From the NCBI GenBank assembly GCA_964633975.1, contig CAZWKX010000001.1, positions 63,969-127,968 of the forward strand: a DNA stretch of 64,000 nucleotides. Reading direction: 5' to 3'. The number at the start of each line of letters is the position of its first letter. The first letter of the stretch is position 1. Under the pieces are notes generated by a model, which saw only the letters and a list, made by a program, of their open reading frames with translations, had not been told where the DNA came from and did not search any database. The position numbers and the translations under genes are program-made. Source of the DNA: an uncultured Acidimicrobiia bacterium (GTDB taxonomy: Bacteria > Actinomycetota > Acidimicrobiia > Spongiisociales > UBA11373). Below are positions 45,049 through 53,687 of this stretch, in pieces.

Positions 45049-46254
45049 CTAGTCCGGTGGTGGCCGACGGTTCGAGAACGCTGCACGCAGAGCCGGCGCC
45101 AGGTCCCCGATGTCACCGACCACGACCGCCTCGAGACTCAGCCAGGAGGCCAGGTGCCCCAGCTCCGACACCAGCGGCGGCACGACTCGGGCCGCCTCCT
45201 CGCCCGGCTCGATGAAGGCCCCCGGCACGAGCAGCAGTCCGCGTTTGCGATCGGCCTTGACATCGACGCGGCCCACCAGGCGGTCTCCAAGGAGAAACGG
45301 CAGAACGTAGTAGCCCCAGCGCCGCATGGAGCGGGGCACGTAGATCTCGATGCGGTAGTGGAAACCGAAGACCCGCTCCACCCGATCCCGATTCCACATG
45401 ACCGGGTCGAAGGGGCAGAGCAGAGCCGCTGCCTCCAGCCGCCGCGGCACCGCCACCTCCGGATGCAGGTATGCGGGATGCCGCCAGCCCTCCACGTCAA
45501 CCAGCTCCAGGGCACCCTCGCCCGCCAGATCGTCGAGCGTGCGGCGGGCGGCCGGGAGAGGGAGCCGGTAGTAGTCGGCGAGGTCCGGCGCCGTTGCCAC
45601 GCCGCACGCCCGGGCCGCCATCAGCAGCAGGCGCCGATGCGCCTCCCGGCGCGGGACCGCCGGCGCCTCGAGGAACTCGGTCGGGATGACCCGCTCCGGC
45701 AAGTCGTAGCGACGGGCGAAGTTGCGCCGACCGGCGACGGCGAGCCTGCCGGTGGCAAACAGCCACTCCAGCGCGATCTTCCCCCGGTTCCAGCCCCACC
45801 ACGAGCCCCTGCGCTCACCGGGATCGGAGAGGTCGGCGGCGCTCACCGGGCCCAGCTCCCGCACCTCATCCAGCACCCGCTCCACATAGCCCGGGTGCTC
45901 CCGGTTGAGGCAGTCGACCCGGATCCACGGGCGCGTCTCGGCCATGCGGTGCCGGAACAGCGGGTAGTCCTCGATGGGCAGGAAGCACGCCTCGTGGCCC
46001 CAGTACTCGAACAGCAGACGACGCTCCTCGAAGGCACGCCACAACAGGCCGCGTTCGTGGTGGCCCAGCCGGGAGAACAGGGTCAGGTGGTGGGCGCGCT
46101 CGAGAACGTTCACCGAGTCGATCTGGAGAGCCCCGATGCGCCGCAACAGACGGCGCACGTGCCGCACGTCGACCCGGCCCGAGGAGCGGGTCTCGGCCAA
46201 GCCTTGTGCACCGAGGGCGATGCGCCGGGCGCGGTGCTGATCGACCCGTCTCAT
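45049..46254 (-). CDS. Winged-helix DNA glycosylase, AlkZ/YcaQ (HTH_42, former DUF1006) family
   Basis: 401 aa. QIDSVNVLERAHHLTLFSRLG, FEYWGHEACFLP and YVLPFLLGDRLVGRVD match the YcaQ/AlkZ family (recalled). Confidence 0.75.
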   Translation of the reverse strand: MRRVDQHRARRIALGAQGLAETRSSGRVDVRHVRRLLRRIGALQIDSVNVLERAHHLTLFSRLGHHERGLLWRAFEERRLLFEYWGHEACFLPIEDYPLFRHRMAETRPWIRVDCLNREHPGYVERVLDEVRELGPVSAADLSDPGERRGSWWGWNRGKIALEWLFATGRLAVAGRRNFARRYDLPERVIPTEFLEAPAVPRREAHRRLLLMAARACGVATAPDLADYYRLPLPAARRTLDDLAGEGALELVDVEGWRHPAYLHPEVAVPRRLEAAALLCPFDPVMWNRDRVERVFGFHYRIEIYVPRSMRRWGYYVLPFLLGDRLVGRVDVKADRKRGLLLVPGAFIEPGEEAARVVPPLVSELGHLASWLSLEAVVVGDIGDLAPALRAAFSNRRPPPD

Positions 46255-46369
46255 GACCTGGGGAGCTCTGGCGGCTCGGCGCTCACGACGAGCACCAGCC
46301 TCGTCCTGCTCCTATCGCGGCCCATGCCCGGCGCGGCCTTCCCTCGTACGGCCGGAGTAGCCTACCGGC

Positions 46370-47140
46370 ATGCTCAAAGCTCTGGGCACGATCGGCGCGG
46401 CCATCCGCACCGGGGTGGGGCTCACCATCGCGGTGCTCTACACGGCCATGGTCGCCAGCTACCTGATCGTGCTCACCAAGTTCCGCCCCACCTCACAACA
46501 CGTGGAGACCGTGGCACGCAGCTGGGGTCGGGTCTTCTGCGCCGCCTGCGGGGTTCGTGCCACCTTCGAAGGTCTCGAACACGTAGACGACGCCGGCTCC
46601 TACGTCTTCGTCTCCAACCACATCTCGGACCTGGACGCCCCGTTCCACCTCGCCTTCGTGCCCGTTGGGATCCGCTTCTTGGCGAAGAAGGAGCTGTTCA
46701 AGATCCCCGTGTTCGGCCGCGCCATGCGAGCCATCGGCATGGTGGAAACCGATCGCCAGGCCCGCGCCGCCGCTCACCGCAAGATCAATGAGCAGGTGGC
46801 CCGGGTGGTGAAGATGGGACGATCGCTCATCATCTACCCGGAGGGAACCCGCTCCCGCGATGGCGAGCTGCACGATTTCAAGAAAGGGGCCTTCCGCATC
46901 GCCATCGAAAACAACATGCCGGTGCTTCCCATCGCCATATCCGGCCTATACGAGATCTGGCCGCCTGGGTCGAAGATCATTCGGGGAGGCCGAGCCAAGA
47001 TGGTGTTCCACGAACCCATTCCCACGTCCGGCCTTGGGACCGACGATATCGACGCACTACGAACCCAGGTGCATGAGATCATCGGCACGGCCTTCGAGCG
47101 CATTCGCCACCAGGTGTCGGCGCCGGCACGTCGCCGCTAG
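46370..47140 (+). CDS. plsC: 1-acyl-sn-glycerol-3-phosphate acyltransferase (PlsC family)
   Basis: 256 aa with the HX4D motif VSNHISDLD, FLAKKEL and YPEGTRSRDG blocks. Confidence 0.85.
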   Translation: MLKALGTIGAAIRTGVGLTIAVLYTAMVASYLIVLTKFRPTSQHVETVARSWGRVFCAACGVRATFEGLEHVDDAGSYVFVSNHISDLDAPFHLAFVPVGIRFLAKKELFKIPVFGRAMRAIGMVETDRQARAAAHRKINEQVARVVKMGRSLIIYPEGTRSRDGELHDFKKGAFRIAIENNMPVLPIAISGLYEIWPPGSKIIRGGRAKMVFHEPIPTSGLGTDDIDALRTQVHEIIGTAFERIRHQVSAPARRR

Positions 47141-47736
47141 ACCTGAGACCTCTTCGCCACCACGATGTTGTCGATGGCATCCTTGGTCTCGCCCTCCACG
47201 GGACGCAGCACCTCCTCGGCGCGGATCACCTCGAGCTCCCCGCCGATCGCCCCCACGACGTCGCCGGCGGTATACAGGTGCTCCGGGTTGTGGGGCCCTC
47301 CGATGCCATCCCTGAGATTGCGCAGATCATGGCCGACGACGACGAGGTGCCCCCCGGCGGCCACCGCTCCCGCCGCCATCCGCCACAAGGCGATCCGCTC
47401 CCGTGCCGACGGGTGCAGGTAGGCGACGACCACAAGATCGAACACCAGCGGGGGCGGCGTCCACTCCCGCAGATCGGCCACGATCCATTCGACGGAGACC
47501 CCCCGCAGCTCCGCCAGCCTCCGCCCCCGGTCGATGGCGACACCGGACCACTCGACGGCCGTTACCTCCCAACCCTGCTCCGCCAGCCATACCGCGTTGC
47601 GGCCCTGGCCGGCGGCCAGGTCGAGGGCTCTCCCGGGCTCGAATGCGGCAACCGCCTCGGCTAGGAACCGATTAGGCGGCACCGCGTTGGCGAACTCCTG
47701 CTCGTGATAGCGCCGATCCCAGTGCTCCCGATCCAC
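47137..47736 (-). CDS. Class I SAM-dependent methyltransferase (TehB-like)
   Basis: About 200 aa from GTG: VDREHWDRRYHEQE...ALDLAAGQGRNAVWLAEQGWEVTAVEWS (motif I). Lies 28 nt downstream of the imuB stop on the same strand. The longer six-frame ORF overlapping imuB was discarded. Confidence 0.65.
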   Translation of the reverse strand: MDREHWDRRYHEQEFANAVPPNRFLAEAVAAFEPGRALDLAAGQGRNAVWLAEQGWEVTAVEWSGVAIDRGRRLAELRGVSVEWIVADLREWTPPPLVFDLVVVAYLHPSARERIALWRMAAGAVAAGGHLVVVGHDLRNLRDGIGGPHNPEHLYTAGDVVGAIGGELEVIRAEEVLRPVEGETKDAIDNIVVAKRSQV

Positions 47737-47764
47737 GAGAGTAAGGCTACCGGCACGGCCGTCT

Positions 47765-49207
47765 TCAGTCGTAGATGCCCACCAGGTAGCAGTCTCCTTC
47801 GCGGACCTCACAGAGGAATGCGCCGGCCGAGGTAACGATCTGGTAGCGGTCGGCGTGCTGCTCGCCATCCCACCAGCGCCCGGTGCGCCGCCAGGGCCCG
47901 GCCCAGTTGCGAACCTCTTCCCAGCGGCTCCCCAGCCGTATACGAACGGGGAACCCGTCATCCCACTCCACCTCCACCCGGCAGGGCGGGGGCACGAGCG
48001 CGGGTGCGGGATCGGGCAGGCGGCCCGGCCAAGGCGCTTTCGGGTCGTGCACCGGTTGCGGTGCAGGCTCACCCCAACGATGCCAGCGGACCCGCTCGCC
48101 CGGCTCCCTGCCTCCCTGCGGCACCGCTTGGAGCACGGCGTCGGGCCCCACGAGGACCTGGGCGCGAGCCAGGGCGCGGCGGGCCCCCACCTCCGAGGCG
48201 GCATCCTCGCCGAAACACATCTGACGCCCCGAATCGGAGCGGTCACCGGGAACGAGTCGCAACCGGGCCATGCCCCCGGGAATACCGCCCCCCTCCACCC
48301 AGGCCCGCAGCTGCCACCGGACCCGCTCTGCTATCTCACCCTCGGTGAAAGGATCGGCGCTGCGCCAGGTGCGGGACCGAACCTCACCTGCCGCCGACAT
48401 GGCCTCCACCACCACGAGGTGCGGAATCCCCGGGCCGACGGCTTCGAGGAGCCGGTGTGCCAGCGACTTAGCGGCGAACGCCGCCTGCTCCAGGTCCCGC
48501 AGCGGCGGGTCGAAACGCTCCTCGACCGCCACATCCTGCGGCAACGATCGGGGAGACACCTCCCGGTCCTCGCCGCTGGCCAGCCGATACGCTTCCAGGC
48601 CGATTCTGCCGAAGCGGGACGCCACGGCCTCACGAGGCAGCGCCGCCAGATCCCCCAGCGTGCTGATCCCCAGCCAACGGAAGGTATCGACGATCTCGGA
48701 CACCCCGAGTGTGGCGATGTCGAGGCCGGCGATGAAACCCTCGGTGTCGGCGACCATGGTCTCGCCTTCGGCCGCAGCGCGAGCGGCAAAAGGGCCGTCG
48801 GCGAGGCCGAGCCGGGCGCCGGCTGCCACCTCCCTTACCGCTCGAGCCACGCAGGCAACGAGTGGCTCCTCGCCCCCGTAATAGCGAACGGCTCCCGACA
48901 CGTCGAGGAAGAGCAGCCCCGGTTCGGCCACCTCGACACCGGGAGCCACCGTCTCCACGGCTCGCGCCACCGCCTCAAAAGCAGCCGCCTCGGCGCCGGG
49001 GTCGGCGGGCAGGGTGGCAACCGCCGGACATAGGGTCTCGGCGCGGCGACGCGGCATGCCCACCCGGACGCCGGCGGCGACGGCCAACGCGTTGGCTGCA
49101 GTCACCATCCCGTCGGGGCCAACCACCTGGCAGGGCTCATCCGACGGCGCGTCCGGCCTCCGTAGCGGCCAGCTGGGAAACCACACGCACAACGTCCGTG
49201 CCCTCAT
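47765..49207 (-). CDS. imuB: ImuB (Y-family polymerase-like mutasome subunit)
   Basis: 480 aa. N-terminal MRARTLCVWFPSWPLRR...AANALAVAAGVRVGMPRRRAETLCP is the hallmark ImuB start. UmuC-like fold. Directly downstream of imuA'. Confidence 0.85.
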   Translation of the reverse strand: MRARTLCVWFPSWPLRRPDAPSDEPCQVVGPDGMVTAANALAVAAGVRVGMPRRRAETLCPAVATLPADPGAEAAAFEAVARAVETVAPGVEVAEPGLLFLDVSGAVRYYGGEEPLVACVARAVREVAAGARLGLADGPFAARAAAEGETMVADTEGFIAGLDIATLGVSEIVDTFRWLGISTLGDLAALPREAVASRFGRIGLEAYRLASGEDREVSPRSLPQDVAVEERFDPPLRDLEQAAFAAKSLAHRLLEAVGPGIPHLVVVEAMSAAGEVRSRTWRSADPFTEGEIAERVRWQLRAWVEGGGIPGGMARLRLVPGDRSDSGRQMCFGEDAASEVGARRALARAQVLVGPDAVLQAVPQGGREPGERVRWHRWGEPAPQPVHDPKAPWPGRLPDPAPALVPPPCRVEVEWDDGFPVRIRLGSRWEEVRNWAGPWRRTGRWWDGEQHADRYQIVTSAGAFLCEVREGDCYLVGIYD

Positions 49208-49760
49208 CCTCCACCTCGTAGAGCCTTTCGATGCCTCCCACCTCTTTGCCGGCGGCGCGCAGCGTAAGCAGACGCCGCACGATGCGGCCGTGGCCGGAAT
49301 CGGCGCCTTCCCAGCGCACTCCTTCAGCGACGAGCTTGAGCTGGGCCAAGCCGGAGGGGAGGCTGCCGCTCAGTGGGCGCAGGATGAGCATGGCGCGACG
49401 GGCCCGCGCCAGGGCTCCCAGACGCCGGAGCACGCCGCCGCCGACACCGGCCGGCACCTCTGCATAGACCGCGGCCAGTCCTTCGAGAAGGGCGGCGGTC
49501 ACCCGCCCCCAAGAATCCCTCTCGGAACAACGCACCACGACGAGGTGCTCTGGAGGTATGCCCGCTTCCCATGCGGCAAGCGGCGACAGCCAGCCCCGCA
49601 CGTCGACAAACGCCACCGCGGCACCATGGGCGGGATCGGCCAACAGAGTCAGTCCGAGGCGGGTGAGCCCAAGTCCGGGAGAGCCGACCAGGCCGAGCAC
49701 CCGCCCCGGAGCCACAAGCGGCGCAGCTGCGCAACCCGCCGTCCACGCCCGCTCCAGCAT
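49137..49760 (-). CDS. imuA: ImuA' (RecA/SulA-fold mutasome subunit)
   Basis: 207 aa from MLERAWTAG...PGRVLGLVGSPGLGLTRLGLTLLA (degenerate P-loop)...EHLVVVRCS...AMLILRP. Overlaps the imuB start by about 70 nt. A LexA box lies 34 nt upstream. Confidence 0.7.
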   Translation of the reverse strand: MLERAWTAGCAAAPLVAPGRVLGLVGSPGLGLTRLGLTLLADPAHGAAVAFVDVRGWLSPLAAWEAGIPPEHLVVVRCSERDSWGRVTAALLEGLAAVYAEVPAGVGGGVLRRLGALARARRAMLILRPLSGSLPSGLAQLKLVAEGVRWEGADSGHGRIVRRLLTLRAAGKEVGGIERLYEVEDEGTDVVRVVSQLAATEAGRAVG

Positions 49761-49793
49761 GCCCAACGCTCCAGTGATGGGCCTCACATTGTA

Positions 49794-49809
49794 TCGAACA
49801 TATGTTCGA
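49794..49809. promoter_or_regulatory. LexA/SOS box upstream of imuA'-imuB (shared divergent region with DUF1028 gene)
   Basis: TCGAACATATGTTCGA, identical 16-mer to the dnaE2 box. The downstream context (..ACA.TG..CACTGGAG..ATG) is also similar to the dnaE2 leader. Confidence 0.7.
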
Positions 49810-49892
49810 TGCTGCAACCTCGGGCCGCCGTACCCCACTCCCAACGAACCCGGCACCAGCCGATAGCCTGGCCCACAAAACGAAAGGGACAC

Positions 49893-50777
49893 ATGCGCCT
49901 CATACACACGTACTCGGCGGTGTTGCGCCACCCGACGACAGGGGCACTCGGCGTGGCCGTGCAGTCGCACTGGTTCAACGTGGGACGAATCGTGCCCTGG
50001 GTCCGGCCCGGCGCGGGGGCGGTGGCCACCCAAGCCATGGCCGACCCAGGCTACGGTCCCCGCGGCCTCAGCCTCATGGGCGCCGGGCTCACCGCCGCCG
50101 CCGCCCTCGAGCAGCTCCTCGCCGCCGACCACGAGCGTGAGCTCCGGCAAGTCGCCTTCATCGATGCGGCCGGAGGCGTGGCCGCCCACACTGGCAGCCG
50201 GTGCATTCGCTATGCCTCCCACACCACGGGAGACGGCTGGGCGGTGCAGGCCAACATCATGCGCAACGACGCCGCCGTGCCCGCCATGGCACAAACCATC
50301 GCGTCGGCGTCAGGTGACGTGGCCGCCCGCCTGCTCGCCACGCTCGAAGCCGCCGAGCGCACCGGCGGCGATCTGCGCGGCAGCCAGTCGGCCGCTCTCC
50401 TCGTCTCCTCGGACGGTTCCGCGGCCGAAGTGAATCTCCACGTCGAAGACCACCCGGACCCGATCGGCGAGCTGCGGCGGCTCCTGGCCGTGCACCGCGC
50501 CTACGAGCACATGGAGCAGGGGGACCACGCTCTCGGCTCGGGAGACATCGAGAAGGCGGCCCTGGAGTATGCCGCCGCCGCAGAGGGATCGGCCAACCCG
50601 GAGGTTCTCTTCTGGCAGGCCTTCGGTCTGGCGGAGATGGGCCGCGAGACACAAGCCGTGTCCGTGCTCCGGCAAGCCTCCGAGGCCAACCCCGACCTGG
50701 TCGAGCTGCTACAACGCCTGCCCGAAGCCGGGCTCATCGGCGCTGGGCTGGTAGAGCGTCTCCTCGGAGCTCTCTAG
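49893..50777 (+). CDS. DUF1028 family protein (Ntn-hydrolase-like)
   Basis: 294 aa from MRLIHTYSAVLRHPTTGALGVAVQSHWFNVGRIVPWVRPGAGAVATQA, matching the DUF1028 N-terminal signature (TFSIVARD..G.LGVAV.S....VG..VPW...G.GAVATQ). Confidence 0.7.
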   Translation: MRLIHTYSAVLRHPTTGALGVAVQSHWFNVGRIVPWVRPGAGAVATQAMADPGYGPRGLSLMGAGLTAAAALEQLLAADHERELRQVAFIDAAGGVAAHTGSRCIRYASHTTGDGWAVQANIMRNDAAVPAMAQTIASASGDVAARLLATLEAAERTGGDLRGSQSAALLVSSDGSAAEVNLHVEDHPDPIGELRRLLAVHRAYEHMEQGDHALGSGDIEKAALEYAAAAEGSANPEVLFWQAFGLAEMGRETQAVSVLRQASEANPDLVELLQRLPEAGLIGAGLVERLLGAL

Positions 50778-50789
50778 CGGCTGAAACGG

Positions 50790-53198
50790 CTAGATGCCCT
50801 TCTCGTAGTCATCCTCGAAGGAGACGACCGTTCGGCCCGGCTTGTCGCCCTGAGGCCGAGGCTTACGATCGCGCCCGCCGCGGCCTCCACGATCGCGGCC
50901 ACCGCGGTCGCCTCCACCGCGGTCGCCTCCACCGCGGTCGCCTCCGCCGCGCTCGCCGCGGCCTCCACGGTCACCGCGCTCGCCGCGGCCTCCACGTTCC
51001 GCTCGCTCGCCGCCACCGGCAGGGCGATGCCGGCCGGCTTCTTCATCGTCGGCAGCGGCAGCGCCGGGAAGATCGAGGCTCACCTTGCCGTTGCGGTCGA
51101 TCTCCCGCACCACCACCTCGACCTTGTCGCCGAGGCTGTAGATGTCCTCAACCCGGTCGACTCGCTTCCCGCCGCCCATCTTCGAGATGTGCAGCAGCCC
51201 GTCGCGGCCGGGCAGAATGTTGATGAAGGCGCCGAAGGGGGTGATGTTCACGACCTCGCCCTCGTAGGTCTGGCCGACCTCGGCTTCGGGTGGGAAGGCA
51301 ATGCTCATCACCCGCTCCTTGGCCGCGGCGAGGCTCGGGCCGTCGGTGGCGCCGATGCGCACCGTCCCGTCGTCCTCTATCTCGAGCGTGGCCCCGGTCT
51401 CCTCTTCTATCTCCCGGATGATCTTGCCCTTTGGGCCGATGACCTCGCCGATCTTGTCCCGAGGGATCTGCACGGCCTCGATACGGGGGGCGTACGGCTT
51501 GAGCTCCGGCCTGGGCTCGCTGATGACCTCGTTCATCTTGGCGAGGATGTGGAGTCGAGCCACGCGCGCCTCTTCGAGGGCGCCTGCAAGCACGTCGGCG
51601 GGCAGGCCCTCGATCTTGGTGTCGAGCTGCAGCGCGGTGATGACGTTCTCGGTGCCGGCCACCTTGAAGTCCATGTCGCCGAGAGCATCCTCGACACCAA
51701 GGATGTCTGTGAGCGTCACGAAGCCCTCGTCGTGAGCGATGAGGCCCATGGCCACACCGGCAACCGGCCCCGATACCGGCACCCCGGCGTCCATGAGCGA
51801 GAGGCTCGACCCACAGACCGAAGCCATCGACGACGACCCATTCGACGAGAGCACCTCGGAAACCAGGCGAAACGCATACGGGAACACGTCGGAAGTGGGC
51901 ACCACGGGAAGCACCGCCTTCTCGGCGAGTGCACCGTGTCCGATCTCGCGCCGGCGCGGTCCGCGCATGAAGCCGGTCTCACCCGTCGAGAACGGCGGGA
52001 AGTTGTAGTGGTGCATGTAGCGCTTGGTCTCCTCGGCAGAGATGGTGTCGAGCATCTGCTCCATACGAAGCATGCCCAGCGTGGTCACATTGAGCACCTG
52101 GGTCTCGCCACGCTGAAACAGCCCAGAGCCGTGGGCCCGGGCCACCGCACCGACCTCGGCGCTGATCGGCCGAACCTCGCCTATGGCGCGGCCGTCGAGC
52201 CGGATTCCTTCGGAGATGATGCGCTCGCGCATCATCTTCTTGGTCACGTCGCGGAAGCAGCGGCCGGCGGCGGTGAAGTCCTCGTGGTCCGCGTCAATGC
52301 TCAGCTCGCTGAGAACCGCCTCGCGGGCTTCCTCTTCGGCATCGTGGCGCTCCCGCTTGCCGGCGATCGTGATGACCTGGGCGAGGCGCGGCCTTGCCGC
52401 CCCTTCTACCTTGGCCAGCAGCTCCTCGCCGTACTCGATCACCTCCGGCCAGTCCACCTGCCGGATCTCCCCCACCTCGTCGCGCAGGCTGAGCTGCAGA
52501 TCGATGAGGGTGGCAATGTACTGCTTGGCCTCCTCCAGGCCCCTGGCCACCGCAGCCTCGTCGGTGGGAGCCTGGCCGCCGTCGATCAGGCGCAAGGCGT
52601 CGGCGGTGGCACCACCCTCGACCATGGCGATGTCGATCTCGCCTCGCTCGTTGCGCTTGCCGGCAACGACCATGAGGAAGACAGCCTCGTCGAGCTGGGA
52701 GAACGTCGGCAGTGGTATCCACGATCCGTCGGCGTACGCCATGCTCACTGCGCCGACGGGGCCGCCGAAGGGTATGGGGCTGATGCTCAACGCAGCAGAG
52801 GCTCCGTTGAGCGCAACCACGTCGTAAGGATGGACGTCGTCCACCGACAGCACGGTGGCGACGATGTGCGTCTCACATCGATAGCTGTCGGGGAACAGCG
52901 GTCGCAGCGGCCGGTCGATCAGGCGAGCCGTGAGGATCGCCTTCTCCGTGGGCCGGCCTTCACGCCGGAAGAACGACCCCGGGATCTTCCCGGCGGCATA
53001 CATACGTTCCTCCAGATCGACCGTCAGTGGAAAGAAATCGGCGCCTTCTCGCGGCTGCCTGGCGGCAGTCGCCGTGGTGAGGACTTCCGTGCCGCCCATG
53101 GCGACGACGACGGCGCCGTCCGCCTGGGGAGCGAGTTTGCCGGCTTGGATGACGATCTCCGCGTCACCCACAGCGGCTCGCACGGTGTGTACTGGCAC
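50790..53198 (-). CDS. pnp: Polyribonucleotide nucleotidyltransferase (PNPase) with C-terminal Arg/Gly-rich low-complexity tail
   Basis: 802 aa. Two RNase-PH domains plus KH and S1 (…GHGALAEKAV…, …IGKVIGPKGK…). Ends in GGRGERGDRGGRGERGGGDRGGGDRGGGDRGGRDRGGRGGRDRKPR. Confidence 0.95.
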   Translation of the reverse strand: MPVHTVRAAVGDAEIVIQAGKLAPQADGAVVVAMGGTEVLTTATAARQPREGADFFPLTVDLEERMYAAGKIPGSFFRREGRPTEKAILTARLIDRPLRPLFPDSYRCETHIVATVLSVDDVHPYDVVALNGASAALSISPIPFGGPVGAVSMAYADGSWIPLPTFSQLDEAVFLMVVAGKRNERGEIDIAMVEGGATADALRLIDGGQAPTDEAAVARGLEEAKQYIATLIDLQLSLRDEVGEIRQVDWPEVIEYGEELLAKVEGAARPRLAQVITIAGKRERHDAEEEAREAVLSELSIDADHEDFTAAGRCFRDVTKKMMRERIISEGIRLDGRAIGEVRPISAEVGAVARAHGSGLFQRGETQVLNVTTLGMLRMEQMLDTISAEETKRYMHHYNFPPFSTGETGFMRGPRRREIGHGALAEKAVLPVVPTSDVFPYAFRLVSEVLSSNGSSSMASVCGSSLSLMDAGVPVSGPVAGVAMGLIAHDEGFVTLTDILGVEDALGDMDFKVAGTENVITALQLDTKIEGLPADVLAGALEEARVARLHILAKMNEVISEPRPELKPYAPRIEAVQIPRDKIGEVIGPKGKIIREIEEETGATLEIEDDGTVRIGATDGPSLAAAKERVMSIAFPPEAEVGQTYEGEVVNITPFGAFINILPGRDGLLHISKMGGGKRVDRVEDIYSLGDKVEVVVREIDRNGKVSLDLPGAAAADDEEAGRHRPAGGGERAERGGRGERGDRGGRGERGGGDRGGGDRGGGDRGGRDRGGRGGRDRKPRPQGDKPGRTVVSFEDDYEKGI
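50868..50998. repeat. Imperfect tandem 15-nt DNA repeats (ccaccgcggtcgcct x3 plus degenerate units) encoding the PNPase RGG/GDRGG tail
   Basis: Read directly: cgcggtcgcctccaccgcggtcgcctccaccgcggtcgcctccgccgcgctcgccgcggcctccacggtcaccgcgctcgccgcggcctccacg. Confidence 0.5.
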
Positions 53199-53348
53199 GC
53201 TCTCAACTCCTTCTTCGGGAGGAGAGAACGAGCCAATTACCAGTGGTCACGCCTCGATTGCTCAAGAGGTGGCAACTAGCAACTGGTTCGGACTCTCCCC
53301 CGGTTTCGTGTTCTGCCGCGGCGCCCCGGGCTCCCGCAACGACCAAGA

Positions 53349-53362
53349 GGCAGCCAGCTGCC
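53349..53362. terminator. GC hairpin GGCAG-CCAG-CTGCC immediately 3' of the rpsO stop / in the pnp leader
   Basis: Inverted repeat read at 53349-53362. The rpsO-pnp intergenic region classically carries the rpsO terminator and an RNase III-processed pnp leader hairpin. No U-tract. Confidence 0.3.
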
Positions 53363-53363
53363 C

Positions 53364-53618
53364 TCAGCGTCGCAAGCCGAGACGTGCGATGACGTTTCGG
53401 TATCGCTCGACGTCCTGGGCTTTCAGGTAATCGAGCAGGCGGCGCCGCTTGCCGACCATCATGAGCAACCCGCGCCGACTGTGATGGTCCTTCTTGTGGA
53501 CCTTCAGATGCTCGGTGAGTTGGTTGATACGCTCGGTGAGCAGAGCGACCTGAACCTCCGGCGAACCGGTGTCGGTGCCATGCGTACCGTATTCGTTGAT
53601 GATCGTCTGGGTGTCCAT
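53364..53618 (-). CDS. rpsO: 30S ribosomal protein S15
   Basis: 84 aa ...[58 protein letters not shown]. The true start may lie a few codons upstream at a non-ATG codon. Confidence 0.9.
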   Translation of the reverse strand: MDTQTIINEYGTHGTDTGSPEVQVALLTERINQLTEHLKVHKKDHHSRRGLLMMVGKRRRLLDYLKAQDVERYRNVIARLGLRR

Positions 53619-53687
53619 ACGGAAGCCGGGGATCGGCCCGGCGGGATAGGAGTGTAGCAGGTCGCACCCCCAGACCCCCTTGCCGGC

